Part shown: piece by piece, positions 29,601-41,800 of the stretch
Position numbering within the stretch: the first letter of the stretch is position 1
How the letters are laid out: every line of letters begins with the position of its first letter
Source of the DNA: Bugula neritina
Taxonomy: Eukaryota > Animalia > Bryozoa
Direction: 5' to 3'
Assembly: GCA_964035545.1 (NCBI GenBank)
Contig: OZ037765.1
Span: forward strand, 10,922,698-10,986,697
DNA length: 64,000 nt
Notes under the pieces: model-generated
Seen by the model: only the letters and a program-made list of their open reading frames with translations
Told to the model about the DNA's origin: nothing
Database searches by the model: none
Made by a program: the position numbers and the translations under genes

Positions 29601-32600
29601 TGGGTATGCAGCCATAACAATGTCAATTTAAGCAAACAGTTTTGATATAGAGTTTATTCCCTAAACTCTAAAGCATTACCAAGTTTTTTTTAATAATATT
29701 CAACTAATAGTTTTATATAGAATTTGATTGAAAACTAATATTTTTGTCTCTATTGTGTACAATATTATCAAGTTCACTGCTCAAATTTAGCATAAAGATA
29801 AATTATTTATTATAACTTATTTATATTATATATTTATATTATTTATTCAGAGAAATATATTATTTTATTTTGCTTTTAATTCTGCTGATCTTTGCAGAAA
29901 CTAATGGAGTCAATTGATGGAACAATATCGGTGCCAGATGGTGTGGCCAGTGTTAATGCTGTGGAAAAGTTGATGGAGAAATATGTACACAGCGCTTACA
30001 AAATATATAGTGGGTCTCTCCATTGTGGTAGTTTGAGTAGCACAGTACAACTCTACCCTCCACCAACAAGTGCTGTAAAGTAAACTATTTAACTCCATAT
30101 CATGTGTAATGAGTCTTTGATATGATAAAAAATTATGTTGTATGAATTTGATATTGCAATGTTCTAATTTAGTTTTAAATTAGTTAAGCATATGTTTCCA
30201 TGTTTCTCAAGGCGATTTCTGTTTTTACAGAGAAGACGATTTCACGAATGAAGAATTACAATTCCCACATGATCTGAGTATTGTTGGATTTATATCACAG
30301 CAAGATATCATGAGTCCAGGCTGTATATCAAGACACATGGTGCTGGCTCTGAAAGGTGGTTCTTGCATCAAATATTTAACATATTGAATATTACTGTTCA
30401 CAATGCAGCATTTAAATATTATGAGTCTTAGTATCAAGTGCTGAGATCTCAAGTCATCAAGTCAAATCCTCAAGTCATCAAGTCACAGCAAACTTATGTA
30501 AAAACTCTTTGACAGTCTGCATATAAGACTTATATGTGCGTTTATAGTCACTATTCCTAAGTCAGCTAAGGACTTGTTTGTGCGGAAAGAGCAATTATGA
30601 TTGAATGCCCTCCCCAACAGCACCAATGGCCTTTACTGGGATTCAAACCACTGTGTTTACTAACCACTAGATTACAGTCTGTATAATATTTGTATATTCA
30701 ATATATTTGTTTAGAAACATCGGAAATGATGGAAGAAGATAAACCTGAAGAAGGAAGAATTGCCTCAATGACTCTCTTACTTCATGGGGCTCTGAAAGTG
30801 GAGTCTTACGTAGCTATTGTAAAAATTAGGTAAATTATAGATTACATCAGCTATCATGAGTTTTGTAAGTTGCTATGGTGACACAAGTAGCTCTTAAGGC
30901 CTGGCCTCACGCTCGTGGGAATCACACGAAACTCATGTGACGATTTTCGTGAGTTATCCTCTCGTTATGACCAGCCACACGCTCGTCAGACGAAACGCAT
31001 AATAATTAGTCCGTGAATGAGTCTTGCAGGAGATACAAACAGCAGAAAATTGATAAACAGGGAAACTTGGTAGAAATGAAATAATTACTGTTGCTAAAAT
31101 TCTATTGACCAATCAAATGGTGCTTATCGTTGATTGTGATTTTTCGTCCATCGTCTTTGTTGTGTACACCCAGGCCTTTACTGTTATAACTAGAAACTGT
31201 AGCTAGATTACTTGTACTGAGTGTAACCATCTTATTTTATGGGCAACTTCTCATGTCTTTTGCTTAGGGCTGAATGGTTTGGTATGCTGCACTCGTGGGC
31301 CGATAGTAAGAAGAAATCAAATCTCGTTCTGTCAGTGTTCAAGCCTGGAGTAGATAGTGTTCCATGGTTGGGTAGTTTTAAAATGCTCAACTGTTTACCA
31401 ACGCACACCGAACCTATCCCCGGCCATGTTGTCCAACAGCTACCTGGTCTACCAGTTCCCGTAAGTGACAAGAAGAGTTATTCTAGCACTTCCTCTTCCT
31501 GGTTACGACAGGCAACTCTGCAAGCAGACGTACAGAAACTTTTAAGATACGGGCGAAAACTTCCTGAAAAGTTAAATGTGTTTTATAAGGTTTGTTTTAG
31601 CATCTATCTTTGTATATTCGCATCTGTGAAATTCTATTTCACACCAACAATGTATTATCTTACAACTCAAGTATTAATAATTGCTTTTTTATATTTTTTC
31701 AGTTTTAGCCTTGATTAAAAGTTGCTGTGCTGTAAAGGCTGGGGAAAAACATTTTTTTCTTATAACAAGTGGAAACACAACTTTGATAATTTATGGTATT
31801 CTATCAAATTTAAGTAACATTACACATAGCCCTCAGTTCTCATGTACTTCTCAGTTAACTCAGTGTGACCTGTGAACATGTGGCAGCATGTCCCAGGGTC
31901 ATGGAACAAACTCGTGAATGTCTCTACTTTTTTATAGTTGGAACAAGCTCAAGTAATTCATTTGCAAAGTCAAAAAGCAATTTGCTGTAGAATTAGTTGC
32001 ATACATTAATATTTTCTGTAAATGGCTTTATACATTTTTATTTAGCAAACTTATTTTGAAAACCTGTAATAGATTTTTGATTTTTAAGTCTTCTAATATT
32101 TCGTGTTTGATGCGTGAGCTTTTGCATGATGAACATGAGTAGGAATCTCAATGCCAATTTTGCTAAGGGTCCTTTCATCAAATAGGCCTATTTACTTTCA
32201 CAATTTATTATAAAGTTGTCAAGCTAATTTTATAATATAGTTGGACTTGTCTCCACAATAAATACAGCCTCAGGTTGAGACGACTCCTTTGTTAGATGCC
32301 AATTAGAAAGCTGTTATTCTTATTTCTAAGTCGGCAGTGTTATATTGATCTCCATTATTTAGATATACTGTATACTAGGAAATGACGAATTGTAGTATTT
32401 GTAATATTTGTTTATATAGTGTTGGCTGTGTAGGATTAGTGAACCACTAATCAATATAATTTAAAGCAATATAATTTTTAGGAGCTGAACAGAATTCACA
32501 AGGCTGCCGTGTCTATAGGCTTTTACCAGCTCCTGGCTGGAATCTCCAAGATACTGGAGAGAGAATGCACTCTCCTACCTCCAAACGCCCACCCTGATGC

Positions 32601-32706
32601 TTCTATGCAACTTCAACATGCTGCCAGTTTACTGAGCAAGAAAGAAATACAATCTAACATTAGCATTATCATAAGGCCATTAGACACAAACTTTCAAAAT
32701 AAATAA
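26611..32706 (+). CDS. INTS14: Integrator complex subunit 14 (VWA9), 8 coding exons, 519 aa
   Basis: Exons 26611-26874, 28261-28434, 28551-28703, 29898-30079, 30231-30355, 30715-30829, 31268-31589, 32482-32706 (1560 nt, phases consistent). Motifs: MPTVLLLDVSLSMAR, VIFSSLWEVAVPFTRDY, QVVIITDG, LLLHGALKVE, WFGMLHSWADSKKKSNL, LQADVQKLLRYGRKLPEK, LERECTLLP..AHPDASMQLQHAA. AATAAA at 32735-32740. Confidence 0.95.
26922..27030. repeat. Degenerate hexamer repeat (ACTATG/AGTATG/ACTATC)
   Basis: 6-nt periodic tract at the start of INTS14 intron 1. Confidence 0.7.
27624..28100. mobile_element. Non-autonomous TIR element (MITE), superfamily unclear
   Basis: 37-bp terminal inverted repeats (27624-27660 vs 28064-28100) match at 31/37, core cagatagacgctt. 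The interior is AT-rich and non-coding. Flanks are A-rich, so no TSD can be fixed. Confidence 0.75.
28811..29300. mobile_element. hAT-family MITE (490 bp)
   Basis: Exact 8-bp TSD TACTGCAG (28803-10 and 29301-08). TIRs CAAGGTTGGGGT / CAGGGTTGGGGT match at 11/12. Many subterminal GTAATT repeats at both ends. Confidence 0.9.
30565..30677 (-). mobile_element. tRNA-derived SINE fragment (same family as 32822-32994)
   Basis: Shares gctaagg..cttgttt..aaagagca.ttatga.tgaatgccct and tgggattc.a.ccact with the copy at 32822-32994. Confidence 0.65.
30869..30882. promoter_or_regulatory. RFX X-box candidate in INTS14 intron 6
   Basis: GTTGCTATGGTGAC closely matches the X-box GTTRCYATRGYRAC; function not shown. 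Confidence 0.4.
30897..31177. mobile_element. PIF/Harbinger (Tourist-like) MITE, 281 bp
   Basis: TTA TSD on both sides (30894-96, 31178-80). Terminal inverted repeats AGGCCTGG...CCAGGCCT. The interior is CpG-richer than the flanks. Confidence 0.7.
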
Positions 32707-32821
32707 TCTGAAATTATATAATTGTCTATATGTAAATAAAACCCAGAACTTCCAACAATACTTGCAGTTGTTAGAGTTACTATAATATTTACATCAAATA
32801 AATTCCTGGGTTTATAGTCGG

Positions 32822-32994
32822 TATCCCTGTGAGAACCCATGGTAAAAAGGTTTTTGTAAACGGGCTAAGGGCTTGTTTTTTGTGTGGCCAAAGAGCAGTT
32901 ATGACTGAATGCCCTTTCTGACATCAGTGGGATTCGACCCACTAACTGCATGTATACCAAGCCAGTGCTTGAACACTAGGCTATGCTGCTCCCC
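32822..32994 (-). mobile_element. tRNA-derived SINE
   Basis: Minus strand begins ggggagcagcaTAGCCTAGTGTT (A-box-like), then GGGTCGAATCC (B-box), then a non-tRNA body gtcagaaagggcattcagtcataactgctc. A related copy lies at 30565-30677. Confidence 0.75.
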
Positions 32995-33355
32995 TAATAT
33001 TTACACTGAATGGTGTTGTTTATCTTTGGAAACTGGTGATAGAAGGTCAATTCAGCTAAACATGATCAATCACTTTTAATATTGTGAAGAGCTATGGCAA
33101 TGTATCAAATATCAGAATAATGAGTAGAACATTTGCTTACGTTGAAATAGTAAACATTCTATTATTGCTATTGACATACATTTACCTTATACTAATATGT
33201 TTTACTCTGTTATTTCTGCTTGTGTCATTTTCAATCTCCAATAACTGTAATCAAAATGCAGAACATCAATAACAATGTAGTAAATATAGATTAATACACA
33301 GCAAGCAGCATTGTGCTTCTAATGCTAGGATTTGAGACCAGCTACATGTACACAT

Positions 33356-35274
33356 ATGGCTGCTTGTGTAAGGAAAAGATCTCAACGTTCATCAATTAAA
33401 GATTTCAGTGCAGAATGCATGCCTGAAGAAGATAAAGCCCACTGCAACAGCTCAAACGAATCTTTAGCTAAGCTTCAAAAGTACCCACTGGTTAGAAAGT
33501 TTACACAAGGTTTGTATTTTAGCAACAGTAGCTAGCACAGCAACATGGCATCCCTTAAGGGAAAATCATCTCACTGTGTTTTTAAAGGCAGATTATTTTC
33601 GTTTTGGCAAGTAAACTGATTGTGATAGGTTTAATTATTTTGGAGCAACCAACACCGTCTAGTGTTAATGCAAACTTGTAGCATTTTATCAATTCTTTAG
33701 ATGTTTCCAAGTAAGATGCTTGACAACTGTTATCTATGGAATATTACTTAATTTAAATTATGTGAGTTTAAAGATTTGGCTTCTAACGAGGTAATATTGT
33801 TATGTAATTAACTACTGTAACTCTTCAATTCTGCCCACAAGACCTAAATGGTTGAATTTAACTTACCGAAATTCATAAAATCAAAATGCAATTATGACTT
33901 GCAGCATGAAAACGGATTTGATAAAACTTCTGTTTTTGCTTTTATGTAAAGTTACTTATATTGCTTTAATAGAGTGAAGGGTATGTTTAATTTGGAATAC
34001 ATAGTTATCAGTCACTACAAAAGATAATATTCCTAAGTTCATGAGCTAACTAAGCGGGTGATCATTGCAATACGGATATCAGTTAGCAGCTTGGGTATGG
34101 AAACTCAAAAGCCACCAAGTGTATTTTTTAATAATTTACCTGAAGAAAAGAGCGAGCAGTTGCAAATTTCTCAAAGAAGAAAAACAATTCCAGTGGCATT
34201 CTTTGGTTTGTTTATAGCTTTATTAATTTGTGAACTGTTATGTAATTTATGTTAAAACCTGTTAAAGTTGGAGGGTAGTTCTTGTTAAGCACTTTTCTGA
34301 GTAAGTTGGTTGCGTAAAATATTACAGGGAAAACAAGTTTATCTATTGAGTTTTGAACTGTTGCATGTATATCTTTTTGCAATACTCTCATATAATATGT
34401 ACCATATACTTAATATTGTTTTAGACAATTGGAATACTGTTGGTGCAGTTCTCTATTAAATTAGTCGTGTATGGTTTCAGCTATGCATATGCATAAAGTT
34501 ATTTATTACTCATAATATATCATAAAATGGCATTTAGTAATAGTAAAAAATCATTATATAATTCATTTTTATGCATCATCTTCTTTTACAGGTTAATATA
34601 ATATTGTATATAATTATATTTCATATACAGGAAGTATTACTGAAAATGAATTAGGTGGAATAGACTATAGCACAGCTGACAGAAGGTATAGCAACAAGCC
34701 AATCCGAGGAAGAAAACTTCATAAGACAAGTTTGTGGGACATTTCATCGTCAAGCTTAGAAGATGGCAAACCACCTGTTACAAAGCAATCACAAACCTAC
34801 CAACTAAGCCCAAAACAAAATGAAAAATTCATATTCACCAAACAGCTAAAGCAGGTAAAATGTTTTGTATAAGAAGTTTTATGATTATACATAATAAATA
34901 TTATATGTATAATACACAATATGGCATATGCATAAAATGCAATAGGCATATACCTGTAAAACTTAAACATGTACTATTTTAGTTACCTAATTTATTTGAG
35001 CAATAAATTCCACCATTATTGAAAACAAACTTGGTATATTTTGTTTTGCTCGTTGGCAACTGAAGGCATCAGGAATTAGAATTGAACACTTCTATTATTC
35101 ATCTGATGCACCATATTTTAAAAGAATAAAAATATTTCAAACAAGAAAATATAACCAACTTTCAACAAATACCAAAACAATTGACTTCTGTTTGAAGATC
35201 CTTCCGTCTCTGAGTCGTAAGAAAGGGCTGAAAACTTTCTGGTTACTAGTTTTCAACTTCATGTAGTAAATTGT

Positions 35275-35334
<60 letters not shown>

Positions 35335-35747
35335 CACAAGATCAATGGTATCATATTATTTCTGGTGATACTTATGAAGAAATTGATATGTAATTTCCAT
35401 TGTCTAACTACACTAGTTGATCATTTCTGAGCAGATTACGTGTATTTATGCAGGATTATGAAAGTATTTTGAAGAATCAACTGGAAGACATGCCGTACTC
35501 CCATTCTAAAGCAGTATATTTAACAAAGTGTGTGTCAGATGCGATGAAGGCTAGAAGTAAGTTGGAGCATGCCCCGAGGTACAAGTTTATTGTCTGCACA
35601 ACGCTGGTAGATAACTCCACAAAGTCTAGCACTACTCAGGCTAATAGATGCCTTTGGAATGTAGAAACGGATAATAGCTTTACAGTACAGTACCAAAGCA
35701 AGCACTTGTATGCATCTGCCACTATTTTTGCCATCTATACTGACTAA
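33356..35747 (+). CDS. Tctex1-domain-containing dynein light chain (TCTEX1D1/DYNLT5-like), 3 coding exons, ~223 aa
   Basis: Exons 33356-33509, 34631-34854, 35454-35747 are phase-consistent. Motifs: TYQLSPKQNEKF, ILKNQLEDMPYS, PRYKFIV, NRCLWNVETDNSFT..YQSKHLYASATIFAIYTD*. Exon 1 is supported only by an open frame and splice phase. Confidence 0.85.
35277..35333. repeat. (AT)n microsatellite
   Basis: Perfect AT run in Tctex intron 2. Confidence 0.95.
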
Positions 35748-37779
35748 AAGAATGCAAACACAAAGTCTATGAGTGAGTACAAGCTCAATAGTCATCAGTT
35801 ATGATGTCAGGCTTTAATGTGGTAAAATTGTATTCTAATACAATGAAATTTCCATAACGTCACATATTTTTTAGATGTTATATAAATACATGTCTAATTG
35901 TATCAAGTCTTTGTTTTTTTTAAATTAGATTAAGGGCCATTTAATTTATCATATTGTTGGTAATTATAGCATTATTGATAATGAATCAATAAAATCTTAT
36001 TTATTGTAGCTTGATTTCGAGTCTTCTTATATACTCTTTCTTATATATACCTTGCGTAAGACCCCAGCTTTTTATAAACAAATTTATGGATTTGAAGGTC
36101 ATTTCTTGTGCAGTTAAGTTATAACAAAAACTGGAATCTCAATATGCCTCTAAATTTCCCTAATTGTAACTCAACTATGACTGACCAGACAACAACTTGT
36201 TTGTTCAAAATAAGTGATTAATAATATGTATGAAATTAGATTCAGTTTAATAAATTGCTATATAGTACCACCATAAAACAACTAAATAAGTTGCATAATA
36301 AGGTATATTGCAGTGTACGCAACACAACTCCAATACATTGTGTATTATCCAAGGTAAGACGACTTCAACTTGGAGGGATACATTCTCACACATAGAAACA
36401 AGGCCTTAGTCTTTTTAAAAAGTCCTTATCACCACAGAGATAGAGAGCATAAACATAGGTATAGTTTTGAAGTTTTCAATAGATTCATTACAAATTTTTA
36501 TAGGATGGATACAGCATAAGATCCACAAGCAAAATGACTAAAGCTACAGCACTTATATAAAACTCTGTTTAAAATCACTGACTCCTTTTCCTTTGGTCAA
36601 ACACAAGACAAGGAAAGAGGATTCTATCATTTCATGTCAGAGTTATCCAAATTATACGCACATACTTACTAAAATTCAATAACAAGCTCTAATAAATATT
36701 TGCTTAATGTCATACACTGTGGAGCTGCCCCTACAATAGTTTCATGTATCTATAAAATCTCATTGCTCATAGGCTCTGGAGTTTGATATTGAGTATGAAA
36801 AGTTAATAGCCAATTGTTGGTACAGAAAAATTAACTGCACTATGGGATGTATGAGACTAGACTAAAAAATGATTAAAAGAATATGTACTGAGATCTTTTT
36901 GTTGTTCTTAATGTTCACAGCATACATGGCTAGTTCAATTATAATTGACTGCATGATGACTCCATAAAAATATTTCAACATTTTTAAAGGTTTCTCACCA
37001 AGATTGTGACTAAAAACTTGAATACATAGTATCATACTTTTGTTATCCTTAATCTCAATTGAACGCAATTGATAACAGGAAGACCATACGTTCTAATCAC
37101 AACAGTAGATTTTAGCAAGTCGGCGCAATGAAGGTTAAACTTTGTTGTGTAAGAGTTATCCTCTCTACAAATAGTCTAAAGTAGAAGTTGATAAGCTAGC
37201 ACTAGATCTATTCTGCATTAACCAACTAACGAAATATAAATTTATATTTCAGTGATCACATCGCCGTTAATCTTTGAAGAATACTAGGGCTTAATTATTC
37301 TGTTTACATATTCATCCTCTGGAGCTACCTAAACAGACAATAGTTCAACAACTATTTTATCAAAATGAAAATGTTCTGCAGTAACACTAAGTAAAAAAAC
37401 TATTAACTATTGATATTCTTTAATTTGAATATTAAAAGTATTTAATTATAAATAAAAAACTAAACAATATAGATAAAGATGTTTTATTTGACTTGGGTGT
37501 ATTTTTGTTCTTGCGCAGCCACATTTTATCACAAGTTCAACAGCTGATCATCCTTGATAATTTTATATTATAAGTATAGCTATAAACTATTTAGTGTTTA
37601 ATAGTTATACTTGTGATTTAATTGAAGTCTTTTTGTTTTCAGTGTTTGTATTTGTTTAGTATTATGATCCATTTAAGAAAAAACGGCTACTCATTTAATT
37701 ATTACTCATTACTCATTAGTCATTAGAGTTTAGACTTTGTTTTATTTTGAAAATCAAAATGTTATTAAATTTATAATAT

Positions 37780-38600
37780 TTTAATTTGTAATAACTAATA
37801 CTGTAATGGTAAATGTAATACTAATAATAATAGTAATATTAAATTAATTAATTATAAAATGAAATGAATATAATTGAATTTAATATTATGATTATAATAA
37901 TAATTAATAATAATATTAATATAAAATAATCATAAGTATTGATTATAAATATATTTATTATAATAATATTTAAGAATAATAATAATTATTATTATTATCA
38001 TACTCATAGACTGATAGAGTAAGTATAACTGTAAGACTAACTCTAAGTCAAAGTGATAATGAATTTTACCGCTTTTAAGTGTATACTCATATTATAATTA
38101 TGACTCACAGTGACAGTCACAATATGATAATCATGATAATTATCATCATGACTACCACTGCCACTATAACTATAAGTATAACTATTTTTTTATGACTAAG
38201 AGTAAGACTTATTAATATTATGAATATGATGATAATTTAAATTACATTTATTTGTATAACAACTTTTATATTTATTATATTTAACTTTATTTTATTAATA
38301 TTACTATGAGATTTATTACTGATTTGAAAGGTAAGTAATATTTATATTTTGATTATAAATGTAATTGTTATTAATATATTGTCCTTAGTAAACTAGCCCA
38401 AATCTTGGATTTAATAATAATTCACAAACTCAAAGTATTCTGATGATAATGCTTATATTTATACTAATAAAAGTCAAATAAAAATACTACTAGCATTGCT
38501 ATTACTATTAATATTAGTAATAGATATAATAAATATAATAGCAACACTAATTCTAAAACTAATAGTAATAGTAATAGGAATTAAGTATGTTAATCGTTAT
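37780..38600. repeat. Extremely AT-rich low-complexity tract (TAA/AAT plus degenerate hexamers) upstream of the RNF11 CDS
   Basis: Runs of taa/aat and actatg/agtaag-type units. Confidence 0.7.
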
Positions 38601-38842
38601 AAAAGTCAATTATTAGATAATTATACATTTTAATAGTCTAGGGCCCAGGCTTTAGGCTTAGACTTTGACTTTTGTATAAGCCAGGCTTGTCTTATGCCTA
38701 AATATGAGTTTTTACTGTTATAATGTGCATCTTACAGGTGATGATAAAATACGTGTGAAACAAATAGTTGCTAACTCCAGTATGTTCAAATTCAGCCTAC
38801 ACTCTTTGTAGAGACTTGGACGTCTGCTAAACTGTTGTGAAA

Positions 38843-41800
38843 ATGGGAAGCTGTCTCAGTGGGTCGCCTACTGAGGACTTCACCCGACTCCGTACGGAAG
38901 ATAGCCATGATTTAGAGTCAACTCCAACTCGTAATAATAGGAGAAGTTCTGACTCCCATCGAACTGGTGGTCACCAGCAAAGAAGGGTATGTTCTTTGCA
39001 CCAAAGAAATGTCTTACATTTAGTTTTTGGCTCAGTTTGTAAAGGTCATTCGGCTCAGCTTACAGTAACATTAGGTGCACATACTTGGATAAGCTCACCA
39101 AATAAATGTTCATTTTTTCCAATGTAGTTGAATATAAATTACAGTTGTTGAAACAAATTACTTTTTTATTTTTAGTTCATTCCTTGCATATTTGATATTT
39201 AGAATATTGTTCACAATGTTATTCTACGCATGTTGCATATATCCCTATCTCTATACTAATACAACAGACGAGACCGGCCAGACCTTTACAACAGACAGCA
39301 TACCATCCCACCCCTGGTATTCAACGCACTGCCTCTCAGTTGTCTGAAGATGATCAGGTTAAGATTGCTCAACGCATAGGACTAATTCAGCATTTACCTA
39401 CTGGACTTTACTATAATGATTCCTCAAAGAAGACCAGAGAGTAAGTTTTACTACTTAATTGAGCTCCTCTTTCAGTTATAGCCTTAGCGCAATAGGCACA
39501 AATGTTTAGCCAACAGATTCTCAATTTCCACAATACATTGTTTGTATCGGGTATGAATATCTCTGGGACTTATCAATTCCTTTATTCAAAGAATCAGAAG
39601 TTCCTTTGTCTCACCTGTTTGATGTTATCAAACAATAACTGTTGTATATATACATTGATCATGTGTGGTCGTGAACTTTCATGTTTATTGTGCTACTGCT
39701 CTTTATCTGAAAACACTTGGCAGGAATATATCCTTGAATCATACTGTATTTTCCTCTCAATCTGGTTGAAAAGTGATATTTATAAAGCAAGTGTTGAAGT
39801 TTATAAAAGTATTCCTTAAGCTATATATAGGCATTTGCTGCCATCAAGACAATGTTTACATACAGACTGTTCTTGCTTCATAATTAATATATACGTCACT
39901 ATGATGTATCAGCTACATGGCACTGGGCAAAACGCCAATGAGTGTCAAAAGTGAAGCCAAGCCTTTATATATCCTGTCATTAGAAGAGTAAATGTTCATT
40001 TAGAATAGGGGGGGGATCACTCTAGTGCTGTTTAAGAAGTGGTGAATCGGCTTGACATTCAGCTGGCCAGGTTTCATTGGTTGGCTGGCCATACCAGTAC
40101 TAGGCTGCAATCTTTTACTAATCGAAATCTAATCCACTACTTTCCAAATTGACATTCAAAGTTGTATCATCAAATAGTAAAATGACTGGGACTTATTATT
40201 GTTTTGGTTTCAAGGACTTAAGATGAGAGGTCTAGTCATGTGACTAGGCAGGGTTTTAGGAGGACAAACAGTTAGGTGTGTGAAGGTGGGGTCACTTAGC
40301 ATGGTGAGGTCAACGATTAACCTGGCATACTTAGTGTTGCTGTATGATAGATGTGGCTAGTTTATAGACAATGACTTAGTTTAAGGTTGTTGGGCAGTCT
40401 TATGTAAAATACATTAAGTAGCTACACCCAAACTTCTATTGTGTGTATTGTGCAGAGTGGACACACTTTGCAGTGTCTTGAAATGCGCCAGTCATTGCAT
40501 ACTGTGGTATGAGTCACTATACACAGAACATAGGCATGACTATTCTGGTATAATATATCATAAAAGATAATTTTTCCTTTTCCAAACTCTATATAATATT
40601 GTGGGTGAAAAATTTATGCTGATAAAATATTGATCTTTACTGGTTAGTAGGTTGAATTATAATATAGTAGATGGAGGAAAGGGTGGAGTAGAAATGAATA
40701 TATAATTTACTAGATTTATTTTGTTATGCCTTTTCAGTTCAACCGAACATTTGATAATAGATGAAAACAAGTTTTGTTTTGATACATGGCAAGGTTGACC
40801 AGCACTTGAACTCAACTGATTTTAACTTGCCCGAATAACAGAGAAATGAAAATCATATTATATATGTCAATGTGACATAGATTTACACTAAAGTCTACAG
40901 CCATGCCATTACGACATTAGAACCCTTATGCAACCTCCTGTACAAGCATTACATATCAAAAGTTAGCCTCGTGTTATCTTCATAATAACAATGTGTGGTA
41001 GTTTGTAAGCACAATAAAATTAACGACTTGTTATCAACTCCAGTGCTACATGTTATGCACACTGTTTCCTATTCTCTAGGGAGGAGTTTATTTGGCTGTA
41101 GGCTATGTGGGTCAAGGTTAGCTCTTTAGCAGCAGCAATTCCTTAACTTCCTCAATCATCAAGTGAAAAGCCTGTGCTGGTGTATGCTACTAAATCGCAT
41201 TTTAAACTACTAAATATAGATCCGATCCCCTCAGCCCCTGTGACTATAGCTTTAGGACCTAAGTTCTAGTCCACGATCATATTTCAATTACCATATACAA
41301 GTGGTTACATAGCAACTAAAAGGAAAGTGCTCCTACTGTGTGTAGTATAAAAGGTATATAAATTAAGTTACAGTACATCATGATTAGCATCAGTATGTTT
41401 CCCCAGTTACTTGATGCTGCTGTAATTCTTACCAACTGTTAATTAGTTATATTCTCAAGGAAATAACACACTGATAGTAGAGTGTGAAACTTTAAGCACA
41501 AACTTCTTTAAAGCACTAAACTACCATATCAACCCTGGGGTTAGTTAATGTCTCTGTCTCAGGTGATTGTTGGGTTGCCGAGAATAGATGACTGTACTTA
41601 AAAGGGTGCAGTTAGGGGTGAGAGTACTATACTTTTGCTGATTCAGCAATAAGTTTAAAGCAGAATTTCCTTTGTTGATGGTTGCTTAGATATGCCAGTA
41701 GATTATTAGTTTGTGTTTTTCAAAATCATGATTCATTAACTTTGTGGCTGATAATCCCTGGGCAGACTGGCTGATAGCTACTCCACATGGTTGTCAATGA

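Noticed and set aside
33551-33562. TCCCTTAAGGGA and similar sites (~21045, ~52815) as COE binding sites
   Set aside because: Half-site spacing is 4-6 nt rather than the 2 nt of TCCCNNGGGA.
35185-35262. TTGAAGA...GAAAAC..GTTTTC next to a (TA)n tract, as a possible second hammerhead
   Set aside because: The core C is missing and stem I is only 3 bp; at best a dead relic.
36670-37068. Exon-like open segments on the minus strand between the Tctex gene and RNF11
   Set aside because: No recognisable homology and no complete start-to-stop model could be built.
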